Source: Podarcis cretensis
Taxonomy: Eukaryota
NCBI GenBank assembly: GCA_951804945.1
Contig: OX638149.1
Location: forward strand, 95,294,001 to 95,358,000
Length of the DNA: 64,000 bases
Direction of reading: 5' to 3'
Part shown: one piece after another, positions 1-11,217 of the stretch
Position numbering within the stretch: position 1 is the first letter of the stretch
Layout: every line of letters starts with the position of its first letter
The notes under the pieces: generated by a model
Told to the model about the DNA's origin: nothing
Database searches by the model: none
What the model saw: the letters and a program-made list of their open reading frames with translations, nothing else
Made by a program: the position numbers and the translations under genes

Positions 1-2959
1 AGTGGAATGTATTTTGCCACTTGTGCTTCTGATGACATTAGTCTTCCCCTCACTGCCTAAAGCAATATTATGAACAGAATATTAGGGAAATGAAAAGTGT
101 ATTAAAATGGTTGTATTGTGATAGGGCTAGATTTCTAGAGTAGACGGTTTGGAAGCTTTGTTGTCTATAATGTATATTTTAGATTGCAGTCACGTTGTTT
201 CTGAGCACACAAGCTTATCTAGACTTATATTTGTTTACCAGAACTGGCAAACCAAATGTATCATTAAAGTCACTTGACTTTAATCGGTAGTAAGTTATCC
301 CTGGAGAAGCACCACTGGCAATTCATCAGGCTCTTTATTTCCTCTGTAAATTCTGTAATAAAACAGGAAAGACTATTTTAAGAAACAGAATTGGTACCAT
401 TCTATTTTAAACTTAGAGTTTATTTAGAGAGAGACAGAAGGTGTCCTTTTATTTTCTGAAGAAGGAAGGGATAAAAAATTATCCACAGCTTAACTAGAAT
501 TCAGGTACCATCTAAGCCATGATGAGGTTTCATTTGATAATTTCATAATGTATTTTAGCAATAGTCTTTAAATGACAAAGACTACAGCAGAAAGGAAACA
601 ACTGGTTTTATCCTGCCCAAAGGGCATCTCATGTCTTTCTTAAGTATAACTGTGAGCTGTCAACTGGATAAAAGTCATTTGCAATGTTAGCTTGTGGGCT
701 AGGAGCTTTATGCCTTTTGTATTTTAAAAAATATTTGCTAACAATGTGGCTAGGCAAAGCACAGTACCAATTAGACCTACCCACCCATCATCTGAATTTA
801 CCCAGGGCACATGCAGTAAGGGTAGGGAAAGAGGTGAGTGGGAATGGGTGAGTGACTGAGACAGAGAGAAGTCATGCTAGATGTTGGACAATACTTGTTG
901 TAGTTTAATTATGTAAATAAGCAGTTCTAACCAAAAGATTTCAGGTGGAACAGTGGAACATCAGGAAACCTATGGCCCTCTGGATGTTGCTGGACTATAA
1001 CTCCCATTTTCACTGGCCATGCTGGTTGAGACTAGAGGAAGCTGAAATCCAACAACATCTGGAAAGCCACAGGTTCCTTGCCCCTGACATAGTGTACAGT
1101 GTCCAGAAAATCCTGTTTGCACTTCATAGCTCAGAGCAAGCCCTGACAGCAAGAGCCAGGGTTTGTTTTTGTTTGTCTAAATTTGTATCTTTGCATATAA
1201 ATTAGCATATGCAATTTTTATGCAGTTTAATAATATGGGGCTGTAATCTACCAATGTACCTGGTAAAAAGTGCTATATATAGTGCATCAGAAAGTCCAGG
1301 CCTGATGGGCTACTTGGTTATTATTTGGGTCCTTAGTCAGTCACATTAATATCAAGAGTTAAAAGTCTAAAACTCTGTAATACTGATATTATTAATATGT
1401 GAGTGTCCACTTCTCTGTAGATTACAGTGGCAGCCACAAAGCTTAAGCTAGCAGTTACCATTTTCCATAAGAAGAAACGTATGTTCTTTTTGATATGGAA
1501 TGCAGGTGTACAAGATTCTCAAACTTCTGATCCAAACCTACATTGGTGCTCTAAAAAACTGGTGCTTGTAGAGTATTTAGATAGAAGTAGTGTGACACAG
1601 GCTCTCCCGGTCCTTTCATGGTTATATAGACAAGGGAGAGGAGAGTAACTTGTTGAAAATTTGCTCTTAATCATCCATTATTCTTTGCAGTATGTTTAAT
1701 GTTGTGTCAGACAATGCTGGATTTTTCAATCCTCATTTACAGTCAACCCGTATCCCAACACTGTAGTCATAATTACCCGAAATCCCACTCTTACCTCTTG
1801 ATACTTGTGTCATCACACAAGACTCAAAAATAACGCAGTGGTTTTCCCTGCCCTGAAGTACTACAGCAGCATGTCTGTTTCAAAATTAAAACAGCAGGTT
1901 TGGTTAGATTGCTCTTCCAGTAACTAGTTTATTTTCCAGAAAATGTGGATCTGAAGTTTAATATAGCATGAACCTGCCTGCTTTAGGGTTTGCTTCTTCC
2001 TCCATAATTTGAGGAATCAAGTGATCATTGGAATGTTTCCACAGGCCAAAAAAAATACATTTAGCTTTATTGAAAATGTTGCTTACCCTCAAAGAAACCA
2101 TTTTGCCTCTCCTTTATGTTCCCGCTGGTATTCATGGCACCTGTATACTTCCTCAAAAGCTGACAATTGTCCATTATGCCTCTCTTTTGCCTTAGCTGTG
2201 GAGAAACAAGGCTGGTGGGAAATTTGCATTTGGTTAGTTGAATAAATATTTTGCTAAGGCAGATATTTTATTGCAACTTTCCATTGGAAACCTCAGTATT
2301 TTCATCATCTTCTTTCAGTGGAACAGATGGCACGTTATTTGTCACAACCTGTTTTGCTCAGATGGAAGCAAGTCACAACTGATTTCAATACAGGCATGAG
2401 ACAGAACCATAAAGGACAGCTTTGTTCTATGATTATTGTTGGGATAGAAATGCCCTCTAGGTGGCTCAGAAGGACATCATGTTTTGTCAAAGAGCTGATA
2501 TAGCTCCTGAGAGATTCGGTTGTGGAGGGTTTGCAGAAAGGTGATGTGCTGTAAAGTCAAAAGAACACTCTAGCATTACCAGCTCTCTTCCCACTGTCAG
2601 AGCTTTAAAACCTATGAAAAGGCCAAATTCAAAATATTAAGCCATCCCCATCACATAATCTCCATGCTAACAAAACTTTCACCTGCTCACTTACGCCAAT
2701 GCTACTTCTGTTAAAGACATAGGAGCCCTACCAGGGTGGGTGGGTGTGCATTGTGTGTATTTCTAACGTACACTGAAGCAATGAGTTCCAGTTGTTGATA
2801 AGCAAATGTAAAGAATTTCACATTGTTTACAAACACAAATCAATAATTGTCTGTTGCAATAAGTGATGATTTAATCCTTCATTTTCTCATTCTATTGTGC
2901 TTTTGTGTTCCACCAATAAATCTCCAGCCTTCAAAACCACCAGAGAAAACTATTGTACA

Positions 2960-3058
2960 CATGGGTCATCTAGTCCAACCCTCTTCAATGCAGGAATCTT
3001 TTACTCATTGTGGGGCTTGAACCCATGACCCTGAGATTAAGAGTCTCATGCTCTACCA
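2960..3058 (-). mobile_element. tRNA(Lys)-derived SINE with CR1-like tail, degraded
   Basis: Reverse complement reads GGTAGAGCATGAGACTCTTAATCTCAGGGTCATGGGTTCAAGCCCCAC, then a CR1-like ...GGTTGGACTAGATGACCC; related to the copies at 8383 and 56629. Confidence 0.75.
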
Positions 3059-5681
3059 AGTACTTGCATGTGCTGGGGACAACCTACAGGACACTTAAGG
3101 AGTGGGTGCTAACTAGACAGCAACTGCTCTGTTTATGGGACGGAAACTATGCTTTGCTCCCCAACTTGGAGTCCATCCATCCTGAGCTTCATTGCACACA
3201 GTTAAATCCTAATGCTTCAACTGTTCCAGGTTCAGTTTTAAAGAACTATGTAGCTGCTCTCCAGTCAGCATCTATCAGGGTGTTCCCCTACCACTTTATT
3301 GTTCAAATTTATGTGTAAGCAGTGAAAAAAAACCCTATTTTTATTTTTACTATCAGCTTGGAAACGTCTCTATAAAATCCCAGATGCATCAGGCATGCAT
3401 GTTAAATGTTGTTGATTGGCGGGTTTCCATGTGCTGGGTACACTGGATAAGAAACATCGCCTCCCATCCCCTGTTCCTGGGATTTTAACAACAGACTGAG
3501 AGGCTCAATTAAGCAGGTGGAACTTCTCTCCTCACATTATTTCCATGGCAGTAAAAGCCTTCACCTGCCTAATTTCTCATTACTAGGCTGCTGTTAAAGG
3601 CACAAGAGCAGGGCCAGTCAAAGAAGCTGCCAGCCCTAATATAATACCACTATTTATTAAGAACATTCCAAAGGAATTTATAGTTCAGAAGCATCACACC
3701 ACACTAGACTAAGAAAAGCAAACAACTCTCTGTGGTATTCTTCAAATAGATAAAATAGCTACCTTGAAGAACAAACAAGGAAGGGAGTGGCAAGGAGTCA
3801 CAGTGAAGGCTGAGTTTCCCTGCTAAAACATCAAGCCTGACATTGCTTAAAGATGTCACTCGCACACCCTTTTGGACTCTGGTACTGTACACAAACCACT
3901 GCTGAAAGTATTGAGTCATGAACCTACTTATTAGTGCCACTGAAGTTGATTCATTATTCCTGAGAACTGAATTATGACATATAACATCCTCAGTAGCAAA
4001 CTATTGTTCTGAAATTGGAAGCAAGAACACTAGGGTTATATAAATACTGAAACACAACATCAGAAGCTTACTCAGACATGTGTAGCTCACTTCAGAATGG
4101 TTACATTACCTTTTTTATTATTGGCAGCCCTTCTGCATTGACAGGCAGAAATACAACAGGTGAAGTTTTCCTCAGCCTTGCATTTCATGCATGAACATTT
4201 TCACCTGCTGAATTTCTGGTTATTATGCAGCAAAAATTAGGCATGTTGCTTCTTTTTCCTGATTAAAATTCTTGTTTTAGCAGCTGCACCATGGCATATT
4301 GAAATTTAGCAGATGCAGTTTTCCCTGTTATAGTCTATCTGTGCTGGTGAGCTGTGTCAGTTGAATTACTTCCTATAAGGCAGCCACCTTATGTGACTGT
4401 AAATCAAATAAAAACCTATATTAGCTACACTTGCACACATTTGTTTTAAAATAAGCCTTCTGTTTTATCTCTTGCAACATTCCCAAGTGATGCATTCTAA
4501 ACTCAATGTTTATCTTAATATATATGCTATAAGCAGCCTTGGGGTAAAGTGGCTCCTGAAGGGAAGGACTGTGCTTTGGAGAAGAGTCAGCATGTGATTC
4601 ACAAACAGCTGATACAACCAGGGCTGCCAAATTTCTCAGTGACCCTGTCATTCTGCCCTTAAAATAAGCAGGAATGGGGAACCTGTGGTCCAATAGGTCT
4701 TGTTGATTACAATTCCCATCATACCAAATAACTGGCCATTTTGGCCGATGGGTATTGGAGTCCAACAGCGCCATAAACTGTAGGAAAGGGGAAACTTCGT
4801 TCACCACTGCATCTGAAAGCTGGGGGAAAGCTTAACCTGTTGGATATCTCCTTCTTTGCTAATTGTTGAACCAGTCCCAGTAACGGCCCCCGCCCTGAAG
4901 TTTGATTGGCTGCAGCTTCAAGCCCTAAAAAGTTTCATTTAAAAAAATAAAATGGCACACACACAGCCAGTTTCTGGCTAGTTAGCAACTCTGCAAAGGA
5001 GCCAGCTGAGAAAACAGGCAGCGCCAGAACCAAGAAGCTGCAAGTTGGTTACCCGCTGTTTCTCCGTCCACACCACCGACAAGCTGTAACCAGAATTCGC
5101 AATAACAGCTGATTGATCGACCGGGATCCCTCCAAAAATAAAAGAGCCGTCACTGAGAAGAAGCGGGCAGGAAACCTGTGGATTTTCCCCACCCGCTTTC
5201 GCGGGGAAAAAAAAAGATCTATCTTTAGAGAGCTAATTGCAGTATACCACAGATGTGATGGTCGCAGACATAGGGGTTTTTGTTATTTAAAGTTGGCGCA
5301 ATCGAAAGTAACATACTGCCTACTTCATCGTTTGCAACGTCTACCCCAAGGACAGGTTGTCATTTGTTTTCCGAGTAGACGGAAGAAGCCCTTGTGCAAT
5401 GTTTTGGCTACAGAGGAGAGCGTCGCGATTCGTAGTAGGTGCGTTTCTCGCTCCCTCCCTCCTCCGCTCTCGTCCGCGTTGCATAATCGTGTTCCGAGCC
5501 AGTCTTGCAGGCAAGAGTAGATAAGCACCAGCTGGGGGTTGGCCCTGCCCCTGTCTCCAGAGAGCTCCTCCCTCTGCTCTCCTCTTTTTCCGAAGGTAGT
5601 TTTCTTTCTTACTCTGCGGCGCGATCCTTTTGGTGTGAGTGTGCTGTGCTCAGCTGGTGGATTCCGCGGAGCCTGGTTGCC

Positions 5682-5705
5682 ATGAGTACCCCCCAGGCAG
5701 AATGA
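5682..5705 (+). other. Upstream ORF MSTPQAE* whose stop overlaps the main ATG (ATGA)
   Basis: gccATG at 5682; TGA at 5703-5705 overlaps ATG at 5702-5704. Confidence 0.6.
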
Positions 5706-5789
5706 AGGGTGGGAGGCACGCTTATACCAGCACGCCTTGCCTGGGCTGGTTCCTCGCCAAGTGTTGCTGCTGTTTCCCAACGTGCAGAG
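5702..5789 (+). CDS. KALRN: Alternative first coding exon (Duet-type): MKGGRHAYTSTPCLGWFLAKCCCCFPTCR
   Basis: ATG at 5702 with A at -3; 29 codons plus 1 nt, then donor AG|GTTGGT. Phase 1 joins the AT at 32006 to give Asp. Closely matches the recalled mammalian Duet N-terminus. Missing from the ORF track in this frame. Confidence 0.92.
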
Positions 5790-8382
5790 GTTGGTAGCCG
5801 GCTACTAAACTGGATGTGCTTCTCGTTTGAACATTGGAGCTCTGGGAGGAAGAGGGTAGGCTGTTCAAATCCAAAACTAAATGTTTGCTACTCCTAACTC
5901 TGGGGATATTAAACTTGAAATGAGTAACCCTGGCTTTGCTATATGGCTGGTGTTTGAAGGGTGCTCAAGAGTTTTCCCTAAGGGGGCTAGGAAGAAGCTG
6001 TACTGTATATAGAAACTGCCATAAAAATAGCATGTTGATGTGAAGTTTGTGCTTCTTAATCTGCACCCTTCCCAAGTGGTATATGTGTGTGGTTTCTAGT
6101 TGCTGCTGGCTTGTCACTCAACTCCATATCTCTGTTTGCACATATCCTCAGATGTCTTCTGCCAGGAGAGAGAGAGAGACTTCTTTCTAGGTTTCTGTCC
6201 AGCATATGCTGCTGGTTAAGGAAGTGCAAACAGAGACCACAACTTTAGGAGCTATAATTCTTGTCTACATGCCCATGCACTCTATATGTTCATTTGACCT
6301 TAGGGCTGTAGCCCTCTGTGCATTTGGTGCTGAGTAAACCCCATCCATTTCAGTGGAGTATGCTTCTGTGTAAAGATAGGATAGGCCCAGAAAGACTCTT
6401 TGATACTAATAAACTAACAAATGTAATGATTGAATGAACCAAGGCTGTATTTTAGAACCAACTCAGAGATAAAAAGTGTGTGTGCTGGAGAGTGGAGCAG
6501 AGTTCATAGTTTTTCTGCAGACAACTTTGTGACCTTGCTTTGCCAATAAGAGCAAACTGTTGCTGAAGGAGTTGTGAGAAAGAACTACAGTATTTCTGAA
6601 AGCATTTATTCCCCTCCCATTAGGGTTTTTTCTTTCTTTCCAGATTGCAGATTCAAAATACTTTGGTAAACGCTGTGTATAAATAAACGAAAATCCAAAC
6701 CTCTCTTTCTGCTGACTTTGGACAAAATATAATAGGGGTGGGGGTTCTTAATTTTCTCTCTGTGTTCCTGCAAAAGACAATAGTGACTTCAGTCTGCATT
6801 TAAAACAATTCATCAGAAGTGGGTGGGATGACAAGGTGTTAACTACATTATGTAGTTTGTATAATTCCTGACTTGGTTTTCTATAGCAAGAAGGTATATA
6901 ATCAATGGTCATAAGTGCTTGTTGTAAACAATGATAATTGGTATTTGTATTGTACTTAATAGGTTTGGCCTCTGTGAGAAAGGCCATTATTTTCTATTTT
7001 ACAGATGAACAAATGAGATTGAAAAGGAGAGTGCATTTGCTCAGTCCAGCAGAAAAGCTTTTTGGACAAAAAGCTTCTGTGCACAGATTGCTTTCTGGAT
7101 TCCAGGCAGGCAGGGGGAAAGGAGACAGTTTCTGGAACTGCCTGTGCAGTGTTCTTAGGGCTACACAACTCCTATCACCTATTGGGGGAAAACTCAGTTC
7201 TCACCTCTGCCTCTCAGCTGAAAAATGCTCTTTTGCCAATGTGTGTGCATGGTTTTCCATGTGTGAGGATCTCTTGGCGGTTGCAAGCAGGTCCATAACA
7301 ATGACCCTAAAATAAAGCCCATTTACCTATGCAAGATAAGGTGGATGTTTCACCTTGCCTGATGGTTATGGAAATCATTCTTGGGTTCCTTATCTCTCTC
7401 ATAGAATCCCATTGAGTTGGTTCTTCCCCAACATTGTTTTCTCTCATTATAGGACCACTTCCCTAGGAGGCCTTAGGCACTGTTGCTTAGCCTTATCCAC
7501 TGCCCATCAGCAATTTGAGCCTATAAAACTAGCCTGTTCTACAGAACTGTACAGACAATATATATTAATGCTTTGTTATTACTCACACTTGAGGAATTTT
7601 CTTCATGGGTCTCATGTATTTGCTAGGGAACTGCGTAGCCACAAATTTTATAACCATCCATGGGTGCTTTTTTCACCCAGCATATGCATGTAGTTTGAGA
7701 TACATTTAGAAAGGCAGAAATCTCCTTCAACAGACTTAATAAGCCATATGCAGTCTTTAATTTTCAAAGTCTGCTTCTCTTTATTTTTAAAGTACCTTAG
7801 ATATTTTATTTTCTCACATAAAAAGATTGAGAAGTTAAACTTCAAAAATATGTGCCAGTTGCTTTGGTTTCATCTAAGTGCTCATATAATTTCATGCCCC
7901 AGGAATAATTTTGCTTCCTCTAGCTGTGATTAAAAAGTGGTGACTTTCCAGAAACTGACTTCTGTTCTGTCAGAATCTGGCTTCTGTTCTGTGGTCATAC
8001 GGTTCTGCTATTTGCATTTCACCCCCAGTTGTAGCAGGCAGTAACCATTCTGTTGCATTCTTTACAAGAAATGCTAAGCAACAAGATATGCCCTCTTTTG
8101 CCACCATAGCAATGCAAATTCAAAATCCAGTGTAAACTTTCATTGTTACAACAGTTGTACAGCATTGTTTTATAAAGTGTAGGTGGTGGTTGTGGACATG
8201 CAAAAAGGCTCAGATGGACAGAGTTCAGCATGGTGTCTTAGTCGTTGCTTTGTGGGTTCCTTTCAAAGATCTCAGTGAGTGAAGTTTTTTATTGTGAGAA
8301 ATAAACTGGACCTTTTTGCATAGCTGCAGTTCAGTATAACAGTAGGGAAATCTCTAGTGTTCTTGCTACCTAATCAGGACAT

Positions 8383-8518
8383 TAGGTAGAGCATGAGACT
8401 GTTAATCTCGGTCGTGGGTTCAAGCCCCATGGGTCAAAGTTTTCTGCATTGCAGCGGGCTAGAATAGATGACCCTCATGGTTCCTTCCAACTCTACAATT
8501 ATATGATTTCGTGATTCT
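8383..8518 (+). mobile_element. tRNA(Lys)-derived SINE with CR1-like 3' tail
   Basis: tRNA-like head with B box (GGTTCAAGCCC), then TAGATGACCCT...CCTTCCAACTCTACAATT resembling the CR1 end at 25530-25590. Confidence 0.8.
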
Positions 8519-9096
8519 AGGTTCTGGTTGTAATATTCCTTTGGGAGTTGGAGAAACACTTGCTGTGCAGAATATAGGAGTTTAACAAAGAATATCTGGT
8601 GGTGTGGATGGCATAAATATGGGCTTTAAAAAATTCTCCACGTTCTGCTGCTCTTGTTCAGGAGGAGAAATGTCCCAAAGATAATGCCCCAATGTGGACC
8701 CTAGAAAGTCAGGTCTGTCTTCCTGACTTTAAATTAGTCCATAGAAATGTTGTTGAACTTCCATTGGTAATCCAAGGTCTGGGTCATACGGTTCTCTCAA
8801 GTATCAAGTTTGGATCTTTACATCCAGAGGACCCATTATAGGGACAGGCACATAATTTTATGACATAAGGTGACCTGAAAACAAATGACAGAGAACACTT
8901 TCCCTACTTTGGCTTGCTGCTGAACCTTTAAACCCAATAAATGTTACAATTATCACTTGCCTATGAAAGACAGCTCCCAGTTGTTGCTTTTTGGTTTAGT
9001 GATACTAGGTTGGTGCTCGCATTCTGGTTCCCGACCAGTAAGAAATGCACAATTTTTTCTCAGTAATGTGTGTGCACTTACACAAAGAGAGGCACA

Positions 9097-9423
9097 TATG
9101 CCCTATCTGCACTGTACATTTAAAGTAGTTTTATACCACTTTAAACAGTCATGGCTCTCCCCAAAGAATCCTGGGAAGTGTAGTTCGTTAAGGGTGCTGA
9201 GACTTGTTAGTGCAACCCATTTTCCCCTCACAGAGCTGTGATTCCCTGAGTTCCCTGGGAAGAGGGATTACTTGTTAAACTACTCGGGGAACTGTAGCAC
9301 TTTGAGGAGGATGGGGTCTCCTAAGAATTCTTAGCGTCCTTAACAAATTACACTTCTCAGAATTCTTTGGCGGAAGCCATGACTGTTTAAACTAAGCTTT
9401 AAATATAGTGCAGATGGGGCCAT
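9097..9423. mobile_element. Palindromic non-autonomous DNA transposon (MITE), degraded
   Basis: Imperfect long terminal inverted repeats (ATGCCCTATCTGCACT.../...AGTGCAGATGGGGCCAT) and internal symmetry. Confidence 0.65.
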
Positions 9424-9509
9424 AGACATTTCAAAGGTACTCTTTGGTGAACATGCAAATGGAGTTAAAGTCATAGGTGCTCCCGTGTGTCTATCTCTAA
9501 AGAATTGTA

Positions 9510-9939
9510 CAGTGGTGCCTCAGGTTACAAATACTTCGGGTTACAAACTCCACTGACCTGGAAGTAGTACCTTGGGTTCATCATCATCATCGACTTTTAT
9601 TGCGCTAGCCATTCAGAAAAATAACAAAAGGAAAAACAGCAATAACCATAAAAATCATCGGGCACCACACATACAATATAAACCATGGTCACAACTACTA
9701 ATATTGATTGTTGCATAAAATAGAATAGCAGAAGATTCTCTAGTAAAATGTGCCAAATTAAATATCCAAATAGTACCTCGGGTTGAGAACTTTGCCCCAG
9801 GCTGAGAATGGAAATTGCATGGCAGCGGCGCGATGGCAACGGGAGGCCCCATTAGCGAAAGCGCGCCTCAGGTTAAGAATAGTTTCAGGTTAAGAACTGA
9901 CCTCCAGAACGAGTTAAGTTTGTAACAGAGATACCACTG
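9510..9939. mobile_element. Tc1/mariner (pogo/Tigger-like) MITE, family A, interrupted by a retro-insertion
   Basis: TA-flanked CAGTGGT... TIRs; same body as the copies at 14602, 24641 and 63411. Confidence 0.88.
9579..9770 (-). mobile_element. 5'-truncated non-LTR retroelement 3' end nested in the MITE
   Basis: 14-bp TSD TAGTACCT(T/C)GGGTT at 9565-9578 and 9771-9784; minus strand ends AATAAAAGTC(GAT)n. Confidence 0.8.
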
Positions 9940-11186
9940 TATTTGAGACTTTTTAAAAGCCTGTGCAGTTTGCTTTCTGCATTACTCTCCCATGTCCTTG
10001 TACCTTGAAAATGTAAGTTGAGATAAGTAGAGCTAAGCTATGGCTTAAGTGTTTCCTGCTCTGTAGAAGGTCATTAGCAAGGAAAATCTAAATCGGACTA
10101 GAGAAAATGTGAAACCAAATTTTTCCAAGAGGGGAAACTTGGCTTTAGATTTCTGCTGAAGCTTGGGCTCATTGATACTTGACTTCCTACTTAGGCTACT
10201 AGTACCTTCCAAACCAAAAAAATGTGCCCACAAGATTCAGGCAAGGCTACTTGAATGTATGGGTTTCAAATATTAGAACAGGGCCTCACCAGAAATAGAA
10301 ATGTATTCAGTCTGGAATGACGTTTTGGTATGTACCTATTATGTGGAACACCATCTATTTTTGCTGGCCACACACAGATAAATTCTCTGAGATCATACTC
10401 TATCCCTCTACCTCTCAATTCATTTCAGAGTCAAGCAGAAGATACTTATGGTGCAACCTGTGATGGGATCTTCTGACATCCTTGTTTTTCTTTGTTTAAG
10501 CTGATATGTGGGGCTCTCAAATTGGCCAAAATAGCAATTTCTAAATTGCCTTCAGATGAAATGGTTGCTGACTCCACCATTGAGTCAGATAGAGAGAGAT
10601 TTTTCTTTTACAACATCAAAACCAGAAGTGTTGAGTATAAGTGAAAATTACAACAAAACTCTAGCTTACTTTTAATGTAAAGACAGCACTCCCCTTATGG
10701 ACGCATTGTATCATAAGGATATCTGGTTGTAGCTTTGAACTTCTGACTTTACATTTTATAGACCTAGGTATCTTCATGTGAAGGAGATAGGAGTGAGGAG
10801 GAATGGGGAGGGTAATGTCCCCGTCCCCCCCATAGCTAGTGCTTTCATGGTATCTGGAACGCAAACTGGTCATGTTTGTTTGTGTTTCCTATGTGGCAAC
10901 AAAGGGTGCAGGCCTGTGATTCTGAACCTGACTGTTTTCACCTTTTCTACATCAGGAGCAGCCTATGAGAAACTGGTAAAAACCTACCCTTAATTGCAAA
11001 TAACTATTTGTGGGTTACATGCATTGTTAGCCTTTGGAGTCTGTGAAATTAAAACAGTAAGAGAGGTGTTTTGTTTTGTTTTGTTTTTGTTTTTTTAGTA
11101 CCTATGTCCAACAGTGCTTAACCAAAGACTCTCATAGGAGGTTACAAAAAGAAAGACATTGAAAACATTCTTTTGAGCACTGGTTT

Positions 11187-11189
<3 letters not shown>

Positions 11190-11217
<28 letters not shown>
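11190..11217. repeat. (CA)n microsatellite
   Basis: Perfect dinucleotide run. Confidence 0.95.

Larger units (their letters stand above)
4880..5810 (+). promoter_or_regulatory. KALRN: CpG-rich internal promoter/5'UTR for the Duet-type KALRN transcript
   Basis: Clear local CpG enrichment against AT-rich flanks. GC box CCCCGCCC at about 4888-4895, reverse CCAAT (ATTGG) at 4905-4909, RFX-like half sites GTTAGCAAC (4981) and GTTGCCATG (5676). Directly precedes the alternative first coding exon. The TSS cannot be located from sequence. Confidence 0.75.

Noticed and set aside
5113-5897. Long overlapping ORFs of 135, 151, 66 and 62 aa in the CpG region
   Set aside because: By-products of GC-rich, stop-poor promoter sequence; the recognisable coding frame is 5702-5789, which these do not use.
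8383-8445. tRNA-Lys gene (also at 3010-3058 and 56690-56752)
   Set aside because: Degenerate stems, and each is fused to a CR1-like tail, so these are SINE heads.
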